Of a stretch of 64,000 bases of DNA, positions 1 through 11,964 are shown piece by piece. A model generated the notes under the pieces. It did not search any database and had not been told where the DNA came from. It saw only the letters and a list, made by a program, of their open reading frames with translations. How positions within the stretch are numbered: the first letter of the stretch is position 1; every line of letters starts with the position of its first letter. The position numbers were made by a program, and so were the translations under genes. Source of the stretch: Octopus sinensis (lineage: Eukaryota); NCBI RefSeq assembly GCF_006345805.1, contig NC_042998.1:52328001-52392000 (forward strand). The letters are read 5' to 3'.

Positions 1-340
1 CACCGGCACTGGTACCACAAAGATATATATACAAAAAACATGCAGAACAAAAGACAAAGATGGGTGTATAAACAACAAACAGATGTATTAGTTTAATGCT
101 TGGGAAGTGAGAAAGTCTTTTACAACAGAAAGCCTACAACAGAAAGGAACACAGAAATAAACAGATGCATATATGGGCACAGGATATCACCAACAGTGCA
201 AATAACATGAAATGCATAAACGAGACAAAAAATGGAAAAACTGGACAAGTAAACACAAAGAAAGGACCCTTTGACAGTTGTTGGCTGTCTATCTACTCCT
301 CATTCCAAGCATTCATACATACATACATACATACATACAT

Positions 341-1372
341 CTGGCCTCCGTGCTGTGGGCACGTGCCGGTGGCACACAAGAAAACCATCCGAACGTGGCC
401 GTAGCCAGTACCGCACCGACTGGCCTCCGTGCTGTGGGCACGTAACAAACACCATCCGATCGTGGCCGTTCGCCAGCCTCATCTGGCACCTGTGTCGGTG
501 GCACATAAAAACACCATCCGAAGACCCGGCAAGACTAGTCAGGCCATAACCTGTGGCCCCTACCTGGGACGTAGTCAGTCCACCTGTGCATACCTTCCTT
601 CTTGTGACACTTGTGAAGACCTCTTGAGGCAAGTGAAAATCAAATCAAATCAAATCAAATCAAATCAAATCAAAACAAATCAAATAGATGAACATTAATG
701 GAATTTGTATCTTTGTGGTACCAGTGCCGGTGGCACACAAGAAAACCATCCGAACGTAGCCGTAGCCAGTACCGCATCGACTGGCCTCCGTGCTGTGGGC
801 ACGTAACAAACACCATCCGATCATGGCCGTTCGCCAGCCTCATCTGGCACCTATGTCGGTGGCACATAAAAACACCATCCGAAGACCCGGCAAGACTAGT
901 CAGGCCATAACCCGTGGTCCCTACCTGGGACGTAGTCAGTCCACCTGTGCATACCTTCCTTCTTGTGACACTTGTGAAGACCTGTTGAGGCAAGTGAAAA
1001 TCAAATCAAAACAAATCAAAATAGATGAACATCAATGGAATTTGTATCTTTGTGGTACCAGTGCCGGTGGCACACAAGAAAACCATCCGAACGTGGCCGT
1101 AGCCAGTACCGCATCGACTGGCCTCCGTGCTGTGGGCATGTAACAAACACCATCCTATGGTGGCCGTTTGCCAGCCTCATCTGGCACCTGTGTCGGTGGC
1201 ACATAAAATCACCCACTACACTCTCGGAGTGGTTGGCGTTAGGAAGGGCATCCAGCTGTAGAAACACTGCCAGATCTGACTGGACTGGTGCAGCCTTCGG
1301 GCTCCCCAGACCCCAGTTGAACCGTCCAACCCATGCAAGCATGGAAAGCGGACGTTAAATGATGATGATGAT
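341..1372 (+). mobile_element. RTE-clade LINE 3' end with the 3'UTR tandemly repeated (~361-bp period), ending in a (GAT)n tail
   Basis: Matches the sequence downstream of the RT ORF at 10600-11361; the block aagacccggcaagactag recurs at 521 and 882; terminal ttaggaagggcatccagc...ggacgttaaat(gat)n. Confidence 0.9.
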
Positions 1373-1380
1373 ATATATAT

Positions 1381-1777
1381 ATATATATTAATAAAAGGAA
1401 TTCCAACCTTGTCTGATTTTCACGTTTTATTTACAATCTTATAATGATATAATATAATAAAATAAAATAGAATAATAGAATGTTAAATGTTCATTCTGAT
1501 TGAACTAGTACTTTCATGCATTAAATTATGCAATCTTCAGGTTCATGTAGTAGTGGTGACAATCATGCTTCACAATTTTTGACGGTCACCACTACTACAT
1601 GAACCTGAAGATTGCATAATTTAATGCATGAAAGTACTAGTTCAATCAGAATGAACATTTAACATTCTATTGCTCTATTTTATTTTATTATATTATATTA
1701 TCTTATATTATATCATTATAAGATTGAAAATAAAACGTGAAAATCAGACAAGGTTGGAATTCCTTTTATTAATATAT
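1381..1777. mobile_element. Fold-back (inverted dimer) of a Penelope-like terminal repeat
   Basis: Arms 1381-1560 and 1585-1777 are near-perfect reverse complements around a 24-nt spacer; each arm has a minimal hammerhead motif; flanked by (TA)n. Confidence 0.75.
1600..1644 (+). ncRNA. Minimal type I hammerhead ribozyme motif (mirror copy on - strand at 1501-1545)
   Basis: tgaac-CTGAAGA-t-tgcat/atgca-t-GAAAGTACTA-gttca: stem I tgaac/gttca, palindromic stem III AGTACT, predicted CUA site. Confidence 0.7.
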
Positions 1778-1827
1778 TCTTCTATACAAAATCACACACA
1801 CCCGTATATATATATATATATATATAT

Positions 1828-2544
1828 ATCATCATCATCATCATCATCGTTTAGCGTCCGTTTTCCATGCTAGCATGGGTTGGACGGTTCTACTGGGGTC
1901 TGTGAAGCCAGAAGGCTTCATCAGGCCCAGTCAAATCTGGCAGTGTTTCTACGGCTGGATGCCCTTCCTAACGCCAACCACTCCGTGAGTGTAGTGGGTG
2001 CTTTTTACGTGCCACCCGCACTGGTGCCAGACAGAGCTGGCAAACGGCCACGAACGGATGGTGCTTTTTATGTGCCACCGGCACGAGGGCCAGGCGAGGC
2101 TGGCAATGGACACGAAACGGGGCGGTGCTGGCAACGGTCGTGAAACGGAAAGTTCTCTTACATGCCACCGGCACTGGTAACACATCTGCAATTTCCATTG
2201 ATCGATTTCCATTGAGCGATTTCGATTCTGATCGTCACTTGCCTCAACGGGTCTTCACAAGCAGAGTTTTGACATGCCACCGGCACTGGTAGCACATCCG
2301 CAATTTCCATTGATCGATTTCGATTCTGATCCTCACTTGCCTCATCACGTCTTCACAAGTAGAGTTTTGTGTCCCAAGAAGGGAAGGTATGCATACGTAG
2401 GCTGGCTCCATCCCATGTAGAAGGCCACGGGTTATGGACTCACTTGTCCTGCCGGGTCTTCTCGCGCACAGCACACTTCCAGAGGTCTCGGTCTCTAGTC
2501 ATTTCCTCAGTGAGACCTAAAGTTCGAAGGTCGTGCTTCACCAC
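1828..2544 (-). mobile_element. RTE LINE 3' fragment (last RT codons plus 3'UTR)
   Basis: Reverse complement of 10505-11361; encodes ...[34 protein letters not shown]; (ATC)n tail at the left end. Confidence 0.9.
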
Positions 2545-4694
2545 ACATACATACATACACACGCACACACATATATCATGATCATTTAATGTCCATTTCT
2601 CATGCTGGCACGAGTTAGATGGCTTCACCAGGACTGGTAAGCTAGTGATCTTTACAGTTGGATGCTATTCCTAACACCAACCACCCAAATCCACAAATCC
2701 ATGCTCAAGCTTTTAGTCAGCCTGGGGCTATAGTAGAAGATAGTTGCCCAAGGCATCATCTAATAGGCTCGAATCTGAAACCATATGATTGGGAAACAAA
2801 TATTTTACCATGCAGCCACATCCGATTATGAACTACTGAACTTGAAATCAGAGGCTGAACATCCTATTGTGTCAGTGAACTAACACTCTACTCTTCTGTA
2901 GGTTATTATTCTAGACAATACATCCATTATTTATTTGCATGGCCAAGTAACAATTAATATAAACAGACAACGATTTTCTTTTTTTTGATTATCAGATATT
3001 GATTTGTATCATCTTACTATCCATTCATACGACTAGGCATTGAATGATTTCTATTTATTTGTATATAGATATTTATTGATTAGTACTAGAAGGTATTGCA
3101 CCACCATATACTGGTATTGGTTTGTACCATAAGATATTGATTAGCACAAGATATTGATTTATTTTAAAAGGTGTAGATTTGTACCATCAGGTATCAATCT
3201 ACATCAGATAATGACTTACACCACAAGCTATTGATTTGTATTGATTTCTTGTTTGATTTTACACAAAGTTAAGGTACATAACAAGATATTCTGCAATTAA
3301 GCTAAAATAGGTACCATTTTACTTTTCATGGTTAGATTTCTATGGCATTGTTAATGATGTCTACATTTATAACTGTTAAAGAAGAAAGCAATTTGCGGAG
3401 ATTTCTGAATCTGTCCAACTTTTAGCAAAACAATAAACAAAGATCTTATGTGTCTTTGTGTGTACGTATGTGTATGCGTATAAATATATATATACATACA
3501 TACACATAATATATATGTATATAAATATATATATATATACATACATATATATATATATACACATACATCATATATATACATACATATATATACATACATG
3601 CATATATATGTATATATATATATATATATATAATATATATATATATAAGGAAATGGATAGTGTCACAAAATATGAATATATATATTCATATTTAGTGACA
3701 ACTAACAGTATAACCTGGCTTTGCCTGGGATTAAGTTAGGATTATTAAGAAAATCAAGTTCTTTATTTCAAACCAAACTAAGTAACATTGACGTCAAATC
3801 TGGGCGAAATCTGTTGAAATTAGTATATATAAATATGGGCAACACACTCGCACGCACACACACACATACACACACGTGCGTACATACACCTATTGCATAC
3901 ATGTTTTTTGTATGCATACATGTTCGTGTGTGTGTGTGTGTGTGTGTTGCCTGTATATCAACAAAACACTTTTTTCCCTCGATCGAAAAAACCAACAAAA
4001 GTCTTAACAAAAATTTACTTGTTGCTAGAAGGGGACTTAACTCTAGTTTGCAAACAATGGTGATTTCTCCAACTTGAAAATTGTTAAAAGTTTTAGTTGC
4101 AAATTTATTTTTACTGCTATTTGCTGGTGCCTCTGGTAAAGATAAGCTGACAAAAATACAGCTAGGGTCATGATAGATGTCCTCCTAAAATTGGAGCGAC
4201 ATGTGTGCTAATTTGTGGTCATGCATAAATTACATTCACATGCACACACACAAACCTCACTTTTATATATACAGTTTATAGTTTTATTTTTGGTAACACA
4301 TTGCACATGGCTGTCTATATCAATTTCATATAAATATATAGGTGTGTGTGTGTGGAGGAGTATGTGTGTGTATACATACATGCATACATCCATACATACA
4401 TGCATGCAAACGTACATACAAAGGAACCTTGGATCTAGGTTTAAGGCCGGCGTTTTCTCTGTTGACAAGAAATCTTGCAATAAAACTGAATAATGACATA
4501 CATACATATATACATACTTATATACATGCACACATACATACATACATACATACATACATACATACATACATACATACATACATACAAACATATCTATCTA
4601 TCTACCTACATGGTGGCTGCTCCCTCGTTATCGAGTATGGCCATTGCACGAAGCTTAACCAATGTTGTTATCATGCAATGCCTGTGCAAGAAGA

Positions 4695-5165
4695 TTTTTT
4701 TTAAAGTGAGGAAAGGCTGTGCACTGAGTCAATCCCACTCACTAAGCAACAGCAGCCATAATCCGAAAAGAAGAACAAGTCAACATCATCGGTAACCACT
4801 GAGCTGCAGGTTTTATGTCGGAGTTATCCCAGTTACTTGAGTTACCTTCTCCTAGAAGGATGCCCTAACAAAGGCTAGGAGTCCTTCACTCCCAATTGTT
4901 TAGCTGCGCGATCGGGTATTCAGTCCGATTATTTCTATGTCCCCGCACATGATACAGCCTTAAGACATTTATTGGATGACCGTTGACTCTTAAGAGTTCC
5001 TCCACCCTTTGACAGGTTTTGTTTTTCATCCCGCAGGGTGTCCAATAAACAACCCTCCTCACCAAGCAAGCTTGGTAGAGTTGCAGGTATAGTCGCCGAC
5101 GACCTGACCATGCAACAGGTTGTACTGGGTTACATGTTACCAGTAGCACTTGAAAGTGACCTGAC
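4695..5165 (-). mobile_element. Non-autonomous RTE-related element (RTE 5'UTR-like segment with A-rich 3' end)
   Basis: - strand has ggcatccttctaggagaaggtaactc, resembling the RTE 5'UTR motif; ends gcctttcctcactttaaaaaaa; no ORF. Confidence 0.45.
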
Positions 5166-5185
5166 ATAACCTACCTACCTACCTA

Positions 5186-5292
5186 CATGCATACATACAT
5201 ACATACATACATACATACATACATACATACATACATACATACATACATACATACATACATACATACATACATACATACATACATACATACAT
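5186..5292. repeat. (CATA)n microsatellite
   Basis: Near-pure tetranucleotide run. Confidence 0.95.
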
Positions 5293-5828
5293 GTGATGGT
5301 CTGTAGCCATGTAATTATGATTTTACACTCCTGACTATAAGATTATAGTTTTGATTCTCAGAAGAGCAGTGCTTTGTGTTTTTAAGCAAAATACTTCATT
5401 TACCATTTTTGCTCCAGTCCACTCAGCTGTAAATTGGTAACCCTGCAAAGGACTGGCATTCTGTTCTGAGGGGATGTCCACCTGCCTGCCTAACCAGTGA
5501 ACTGGAATCATTTGAAAGCTGCAACAATGTGAGGGAGCACATTGTGACCAGTGGTGTATAACAAAATCTAATATCCGGTTGATACAGGAATATACATACA
5601 TAAATATATACATGCATACATTCATACCTATAATTATTGTGACACTGGGATATATAATACACTGCCTAAATACCAATCTTGAGAAATTAGACTTTTCAAA
5701 ATCAGAAAGAATAAAACTGATTCAAAAACTGCAGATACAAACTATCATTGGAACTTTAAATATCAGTAAAACTTTCCAGATATTTATCATTTAAGTATAT
5801 ATGAGCGTGTCAAGACATACAATTATAT

Positions 5829-6259
5829 CTTTTATCTTTGACTTGTTTCACTCATTTGACTGACCATGCTGTGGTGCTGCCTTGAAATTTTAGTAAAATG
5901 TATCGACCCCAATACTCCTTGTTTTTTTTTTAAAGTGTAGTACTTACCCTATTGGTCCCTTTTGCTGAACTGCTAAGCTATGGGGACAGAAACCCACCAA
6001 CTTTGGTTGCAAAGCAGTGGTGGATACACACACACACACACGCACGCATGCACATGCACACACACACACACACAACACATGCATTCACACATACATATAC
6101 ATGACAGGCTTCTTTCAGCTTCTGTCTACCAAATCCACTCACAAGACTTTGGTAGGCACTAGGCTATAGTAGAAGACACTTGCCCAAGGTGTCACACAGC
6201 AGGACTGAACCCTGAAACCATGTGGTTGAGAAGCAAACTTCTTTCCACACAGCCACACC
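5829..6259 (-). mobile_element. tRNA-derived SINE (OK-like)
   Basis: Reverse complement of the family seen at 37345-37720; A/B-box head at the right end; internal (CA)n. Confidence 0.8.
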
Positions 6260-6569
6260 TGCCACATAGGCACGAGAATACTTACATAAAACTAAACATA
6301 AAAATCAGCACATGCACTGACTCCAAATACTGCATGTATACACATACACACATGCAAAAATACCCTGTTGATGTTGTTGAAATTCCAATGAAAGAGCCTT
6401 GGTAAGAAATCTTGAAATAAAACTGAATAATGACATACATACATACTGATGTTGTTGAAATTCCAATGAAGGAGTCATGGATCTAGGTTAGAAACTGGCT
6501 CTTTCTCTATTGGCAAGAAATCTTGAAATAAAACTGAATAATGATTTACATACATACATGCATACATAC

Positions 6570-7159
6570 ATTATTTACATTGAACGGATATGTGTTCTCA
6601 TCTTGTTTGTTGTTACCCCAACATTTCGGCTGATTTACTCACCAGCTTTCATCAGGTGTCCTTGTAGAAATTTAGGGCTTATATATCTAATATACTCCTA
6701 TCCTTCCTTAATACCAGTTCCCATTATTCTACTCATATCTGCACTAAGTCTGCTTAGAGGGTTATTGTGTCCTAGCATATGTGCTGCCTCTTTTAGTTTT
6801 CCTATTTTCCAGTGGTGTACTCTGTCTATTATTTTAACTTCATCCTACAGGAGAAGGTGGTCTCTGTTTATCCATACATGATCATCTATACCCGATTTTT
6901 CAACATCTCCTTGTGTCACAGTTTTATGATGTTCCTCTACTCTTGTTTTGACTGGGCAGCATGTTTTGCCTTTGTATAACCTACCACAACTACATGGGAT
7001 GGAGTACATGCAGTCTTTGGTCATATTCTCTACTACTGGTAGTTTTACTCGAAGGAGCTAATTGCGAAGTATTGTAAATCAACTGAAACATTGTGGTAAC
7101 AACAAACCAGATGAGGACACATATTTGTCCAATGTAAATAATGTACAGAAGTCCTCATC

Positions 7160-7165
<6 letters not shown>
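6570..7165 (-). mobile_element. Penelope-like element fragment: GIY-YIG C-terminus, hammerhead-bearing 3' repeat, and an inverted partial repeat at 7075-7165
   Basis: - strand 7060->6698 reads LLRVKLPVVENMTKDCMYSIPCSCGRLYKGKTCCPVKTRVEEH...KLKEAAHMLGHNNPLSR with one in-frame stop; degenerate hammerhead at 6616-6660; 6572-6640 and 7075-7146 are inverted homologues. Confidence 0.85.
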
Positions 7166-7199
<34 letters not shown>

Positions 7200-7559
7200 G
7201 TAATACACACATACATACAAAAATGCATACATATAGCCGGACAGATAGGCAGACAGATATGTGTGTGATTGTGTATATATTAAGAAATGTTTCAATAAAC
7301 TATAATAAAACATTATAGCTAGGCAAACTACAAAGACTTTGTTGGTATTATCCTTTTTATTTTTTAATGATATTATCAACAAACCAAATCAAACCAAACA
7401 GTAACCACCACATTACAATAATTGTACTTTCATTGTTGTTTTGTTATAGCCTTTGACCTTAAACTGTCTGCAAAGAGATCCTCAATCAATATAGATGTAC
7501 TTTATGACAGTATTTGCAAAGTTTGCTGAGGGTCTCGCTTCTTTCATATGGTAATTGTT

Positions 7560-7638
<79 letters not shown>

Positions 7639-7792
7639 GTGTGTGTGTGTGTTGTGTGTGTGTGTGTGTGTATGTCTGTGTGCTTATAATCTATTAATCT
7701 ATGTATATATATATATATATATATACATACATACATACATACATACATACATACATACACACACACATATATACATACACACAAACACACAC

Positions 7793-8172
7793 ATGGCTGT
7801 GTGGTGAGAAGTTTGCTTCTCAACCAAATGGTTCAGGGTTCAGTCCCACAGCATGGCACCTTGTGCAAGTGTCTTCTGCTATAGCCTTGGGCCAACCAAA
7901 ACCTTGTGACTGGATTTGGTAGACAGACACTGAAAGAAGTCTGTTCTGTATATACATGCATATGTGTGTGTAGGGGGGGGGTATACTTTGTGTCTGTGTT
8001 TTTCCTCCGACACTTTTGAACAACTGGTGTTGGTTTGTTTATGCCCCATAACTTAGTTATTCAAGAAAAGAGACCAATAAAAATATGTACAGGGAAAAAT
8101 TTGGCTAATCAAAATTCTTCAAGGTAGTGGTCCAATATGGCTCCAGCCTAATGACTAAGACAAGTAAAAGAT
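7793..8172 (+). mobile_element. tRNA-derived SINE (OK-like)
   Basis: tggctgtgtgg A box, gggttcagtccc B box, tail gactaagacaagtaaaag. Confidence 0.8.
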
Positions 8173-8427
8173 AAATGACACACTCACACACACATGTATC
8201 ATCATCATCATCATCATCATCTTTTAGTGTCTGCTTCCCATGCTGGCATGAGTTAGACGGTTTGACTGGAATTGGTAAGCTGAAGATATGCACCAAGTTC
8301 CAGTCTGATTTGGAATGGTTTCTATGGCTTGATGCCTTTCCTCACACCAAGCACTCCATGTATATAAATGCACACATGCACATACACACATATATATATA
8401 TGTGTATGTATGTATTATATAGGTGTA

Positions 8428-8815
8428 GGTGTGGCTGTGTGGTAAATAGCTTGCTTCCCAACCACATGCTTCTGGGTTCAGTCCCACTGTGTGACAGTGG
8501 CACCTTGGGCAAGTGTCTTTTGTTATAGCCTCGGGCCAACCAAAGTCTTGTAAGTGAATTTGGTAGACAGAAATTGAAAGAAGCCCATTGTATATGTGTG
8601 TGTGTGTGTGTGTGCGTGCGTGTGTGTGTGTGTATCTGTGTATGTCTGTGTTTGCCCAACTCCATCGTTTGACAACATAGCAGTTCAGAGAAAGAGACTG
8701 ATAGAATAAGTACCAGGCTGACAAAAAATAAGTGCTGGAGTTGATTTCTTTGACTAAAAGCCATTCATGGTGGTGCTCCAGCATGGCTGCAATCATATGA
8801 CTAAAACTAATAAAA
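8428..8815 (+). mobile_element. tRNA-derived SINE (OK-like)
   Basis: Same head, body, internal (TG)n and tail as the other copies. Confidence 0.8.
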
Positions 8816-8832
8816 GAATATGTATATACCTT

Positions 8833-9458
8833 TGCACGACCTTCGAACTTTAGGTCTCACTGAGGAAATGACAAGAGACCAAGACCTTTGGAAGTATGCT
8901 GTGCGTGAGAAGACCCGGCCGGACAAGTGAGGCCATAACCCATGGCCTCAGTCCACTTATGCATACCTTTCCTTCTTGGGACACAAAACTCTACTTGTGA
9001 AGACCTGTTGAGGCAAGTGAAAATCAAAATCAAAATCAAAATCGATCAACATCAATGGAAATCGTAGCTGTGATACCAGTGCCGGTGGCACATAAGAGAA
9101 CCATCCGAACATGGCTGTTGCCAGCGCCACCCCAACTGCCTACGTGCCAGTGGCACGTAAAAAGCACCATCTGATCGTAGCTGTTGCCAGCCTCAACTGG
9201 CTTCCGTGCCAGTGGCAAGTAAAAAGCACCATCCGATCGTGGCCGTTTGCCAGCCTCGTCTGGCACCTGTGCCAGTCGCACGTAAAAAGCACCCACTACA
9301 CTCATGGAGTGGTTGGTGTTAGGAAGGGCATCCAGCCGTAGAAACATTGCCAGATCAGACTGGGCCTGGTGCAGCCTTCTGGCTTCCCAGACCCCAGTTG
9401 AACCATCCAACCCATGCCAGCATGGAAAGCGGACGCTAAATGATGATGATGATGATGA
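8833..9458 (+). mobile_element. RTE LINE 3' fragment (older variant)
   Basis: Starts in the last RT codons (gcacgaccttcgaac), followed by 3'UTR and (TGA)n tail. Confidence 0.85.
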
Positions 9459-9552
9459 TTTTTTTTATTAAAGCTGCAAAATCATCACAAGATCTGTGAT
9501 TCATAGTTTCACGTTCATGTTCCTCAGACAGTTGTTATCAAGACTATATGCT

Positions 9553-9586
<34 letters not shown>

Positions 9587-9597
9587 ATGCTTATATA

Positions 9598-9640
<43 letters not shown>

Positions 9641-9660
9641 TACATATATACATATGTATA

Positions 9661-9693
<33 letters not shown>

Positions 9694-9694
<1 letters not shown>

Positions 9695-10606
9695 CTGGAG
9701 GAGAAGTTCCAGGTGTGGAAGGAGGGTTTAGAATCGAGGGGCCTTAGAGTCAACCTAGCTAAAACCAAAGTACTAATAAGTAGAAAGGTAGAAAACCCAC
9801 AAATATCATCAGGAAGATGGCCCTGTTCGATCTGTAGAAAAGGTGTAGGTAGAAACTCTATAAGATGTACCCAGTGTAAGCTATGGACACATAAGAGGTG
9901 CAGCAATGTCAAAGGTAGGCTAACTGGGAAGATAGTTTTTGTATGTGGCAGGTGCTCTGGAGCACTGACCTCCGAAAATCTGCAGAAAACAACTTCTGTC
10001 ACTTTCCGGGGGGAAAAACTAGAAGTAGTTGATAGTTTCCGCTATCTAGGTGACCAAGTCAGTAGTGGGGGTGGGTGCGCTGAAAGTGTAACTGCTAGAA
10101 TAAGAATAGCCTGGGCAAAGTTTAGGGAGCTCTTACCTCTGCTGGTGACTAAAGGCCTCTCGCTCAGAGTAAAAGGCAGACTGTATGATGCATGTGTACG
10201 AACAGCTATGCTACATGGCAGTGAAACATGGGCCGTGACTGCTGAGGACATGCGTAAGCTCGTGAGGAACGAAGCCAGTATGCTCCGATGGATGTGTAAT
10301 GTCAGTGTACTTACTCGACAGAGCGTTAGTACCTTGAGAGAAATGTTGTACCTAAGAAGCATCAGTTGTTGTGTGCAAGAGAGACGATTGCGCTGGTATG
10401 GTCATGTGGCGAGAATGGATGAAGAGAGGTGTGTGAGAAAGTGCCAATCCCTAGCAGTTGAGGGAACCCGTGGAAGAGGTAGACCCAGGAAAACCTGGGA
10501 CGAGGTGGTGAAGCACGACCTTCGGACGTTAGGTCTCACCATGGAAATGACTAGAGACCGAGACCTATGGAAGTATGCTGTGCGTGAGAAGACCCGGCAA
10601 GACTAG
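9694..10606 (+). CDS. Reverse transcriptase C-terminal part of RTE ORF2, with an internal PHD-type zinc finger (no genuine start; the annotated 9548 start is microsatellite)
   Basis: [12 protein letters not shown]...[11 protein letters not shown]...[10 protein letters not shown]...[17 protein letters not shown]...[12 protein letters not shown]...[10 protein letters not shown] are typical RTE RT/C-terminal motifs; no stop or frameshift in ~300 codons. Confidence 0.9.
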
Positions 10607-11361
10607 TGAAGCCATAATCCGTGGCCCCTACCTGGGACGTAGTCAGTCCACCTGTGCATACCTTCCTTCTTGTGACACTTGTGAAGACCTGTTGAGGCAA
10701 GTGAGAATCGAATCGAATCGTATCAAATCAAATCGAACCAAATCAAAATAGATGAACATCAATGGAATTTGTATCCTTGTGGTACCAGTGCCGGTGGCAC
10801 ATAAGAAAACCATCCGAACGTGACCGTAGCCAGTACCGCAATGACTGGCCTCCGTGCTGAGGGCACGTAACAAACACCATCCGAGCGTGGCCGTCCGCCA
10901 GCCTCGTCTAGCACCTGTGTCGGTGACACATAAGAAAACACCATCCGAGCGTGGCCGTCTGCCAGCCTCGTCTGGCACCTGTGTCGGTGGCACATAAAAA
11001 ACACCATCCGAGCGTGGCCGTCTGCCAGCCTCGTCTGGCACCTGTGTCGGTGGCACATAAAAAAACACCATCCGAGCGTGCCGTCTGCCAGCCTCGTCTG
11101 GCACCTGTGTCGGTGGCACATAAAAAACACCATCCGAGCGTGGCCGTCTGCCAGCCTCGTCTGGCACCTGTGTCGGTGGCACATAAAATCACCCACTACA
11201 CTCTCGGAGTGGTTGGCGTTAGGAAGGGCATCCAGCTGTAGAAACACTGCCACATCTGACTGGCCTGGTGCAGCCTTCGGGCTTCCCAGACCCCAGTTGA
11301 ACCGTCCAACCCATGCTAGCATGGAAAGCGGACGTTAAACGATGATGATGATGATGATGAT
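9694..11361 (+). mobile_element. 5'-truncated RTE-clade LINE, apparently young
   Basis: Uninterrupted RT C-terminal frame, 3'UTR with five ~62-bp units, (GAT)n tail; 5' end abuts a (TA)n tract. Confidence 0.95.
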
Positions 11362-11794
11362 ATATATGTATGTATATATGTATATATGTTACAAATTGAG
11401 ATAGGGGTTGTAAATGCAACCCTCCATGGAATAACATATATCCAATATACCTTAGCTTCGTTACTATGGTGACAGCCTGGATACTTATATCCAATATACT
11501 TATATTTATTTTCTCTTATACATATTCTACTTATTGTATAACATTACTCTTTTATGTACACTCCTTTATGTACACTGTTTTGCCCTACATTATTATGTTT
11601 AACCTTATAGTTTCTTATGTGGTGGTTTGATAAAGTATGTGATTGAGTATTATCTGGTAATTGATATTTGATTTCGATGTATTTCTCCATTTTCTTATTT
11701 TGTATATGTATATATTTATATATGTGTGTGTGTGTGTGTGTGTGTATGTGCATACATATGTGTATATATTTTTATGTGTGTGTGTGTGTGTATA

Positions 11795-11874
<80 letters not shown>

Positions 11875-11929
11875 CATACATATATATATATATATATTAT
11901 ATATATATATAATATATATATAATATATA

Positions 11930-11964
<35 letters not shown>

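Noticed and set aside
10643-11338. Repetitive Cys/Arg-rich ORFs (also 300-1358, 20927-21696, 45825-46698)
   Set aside because: Overlapping ORFs on both strands from the GC-rich RTE 3'UTR VNTR, downstream of the real stop at 10606.
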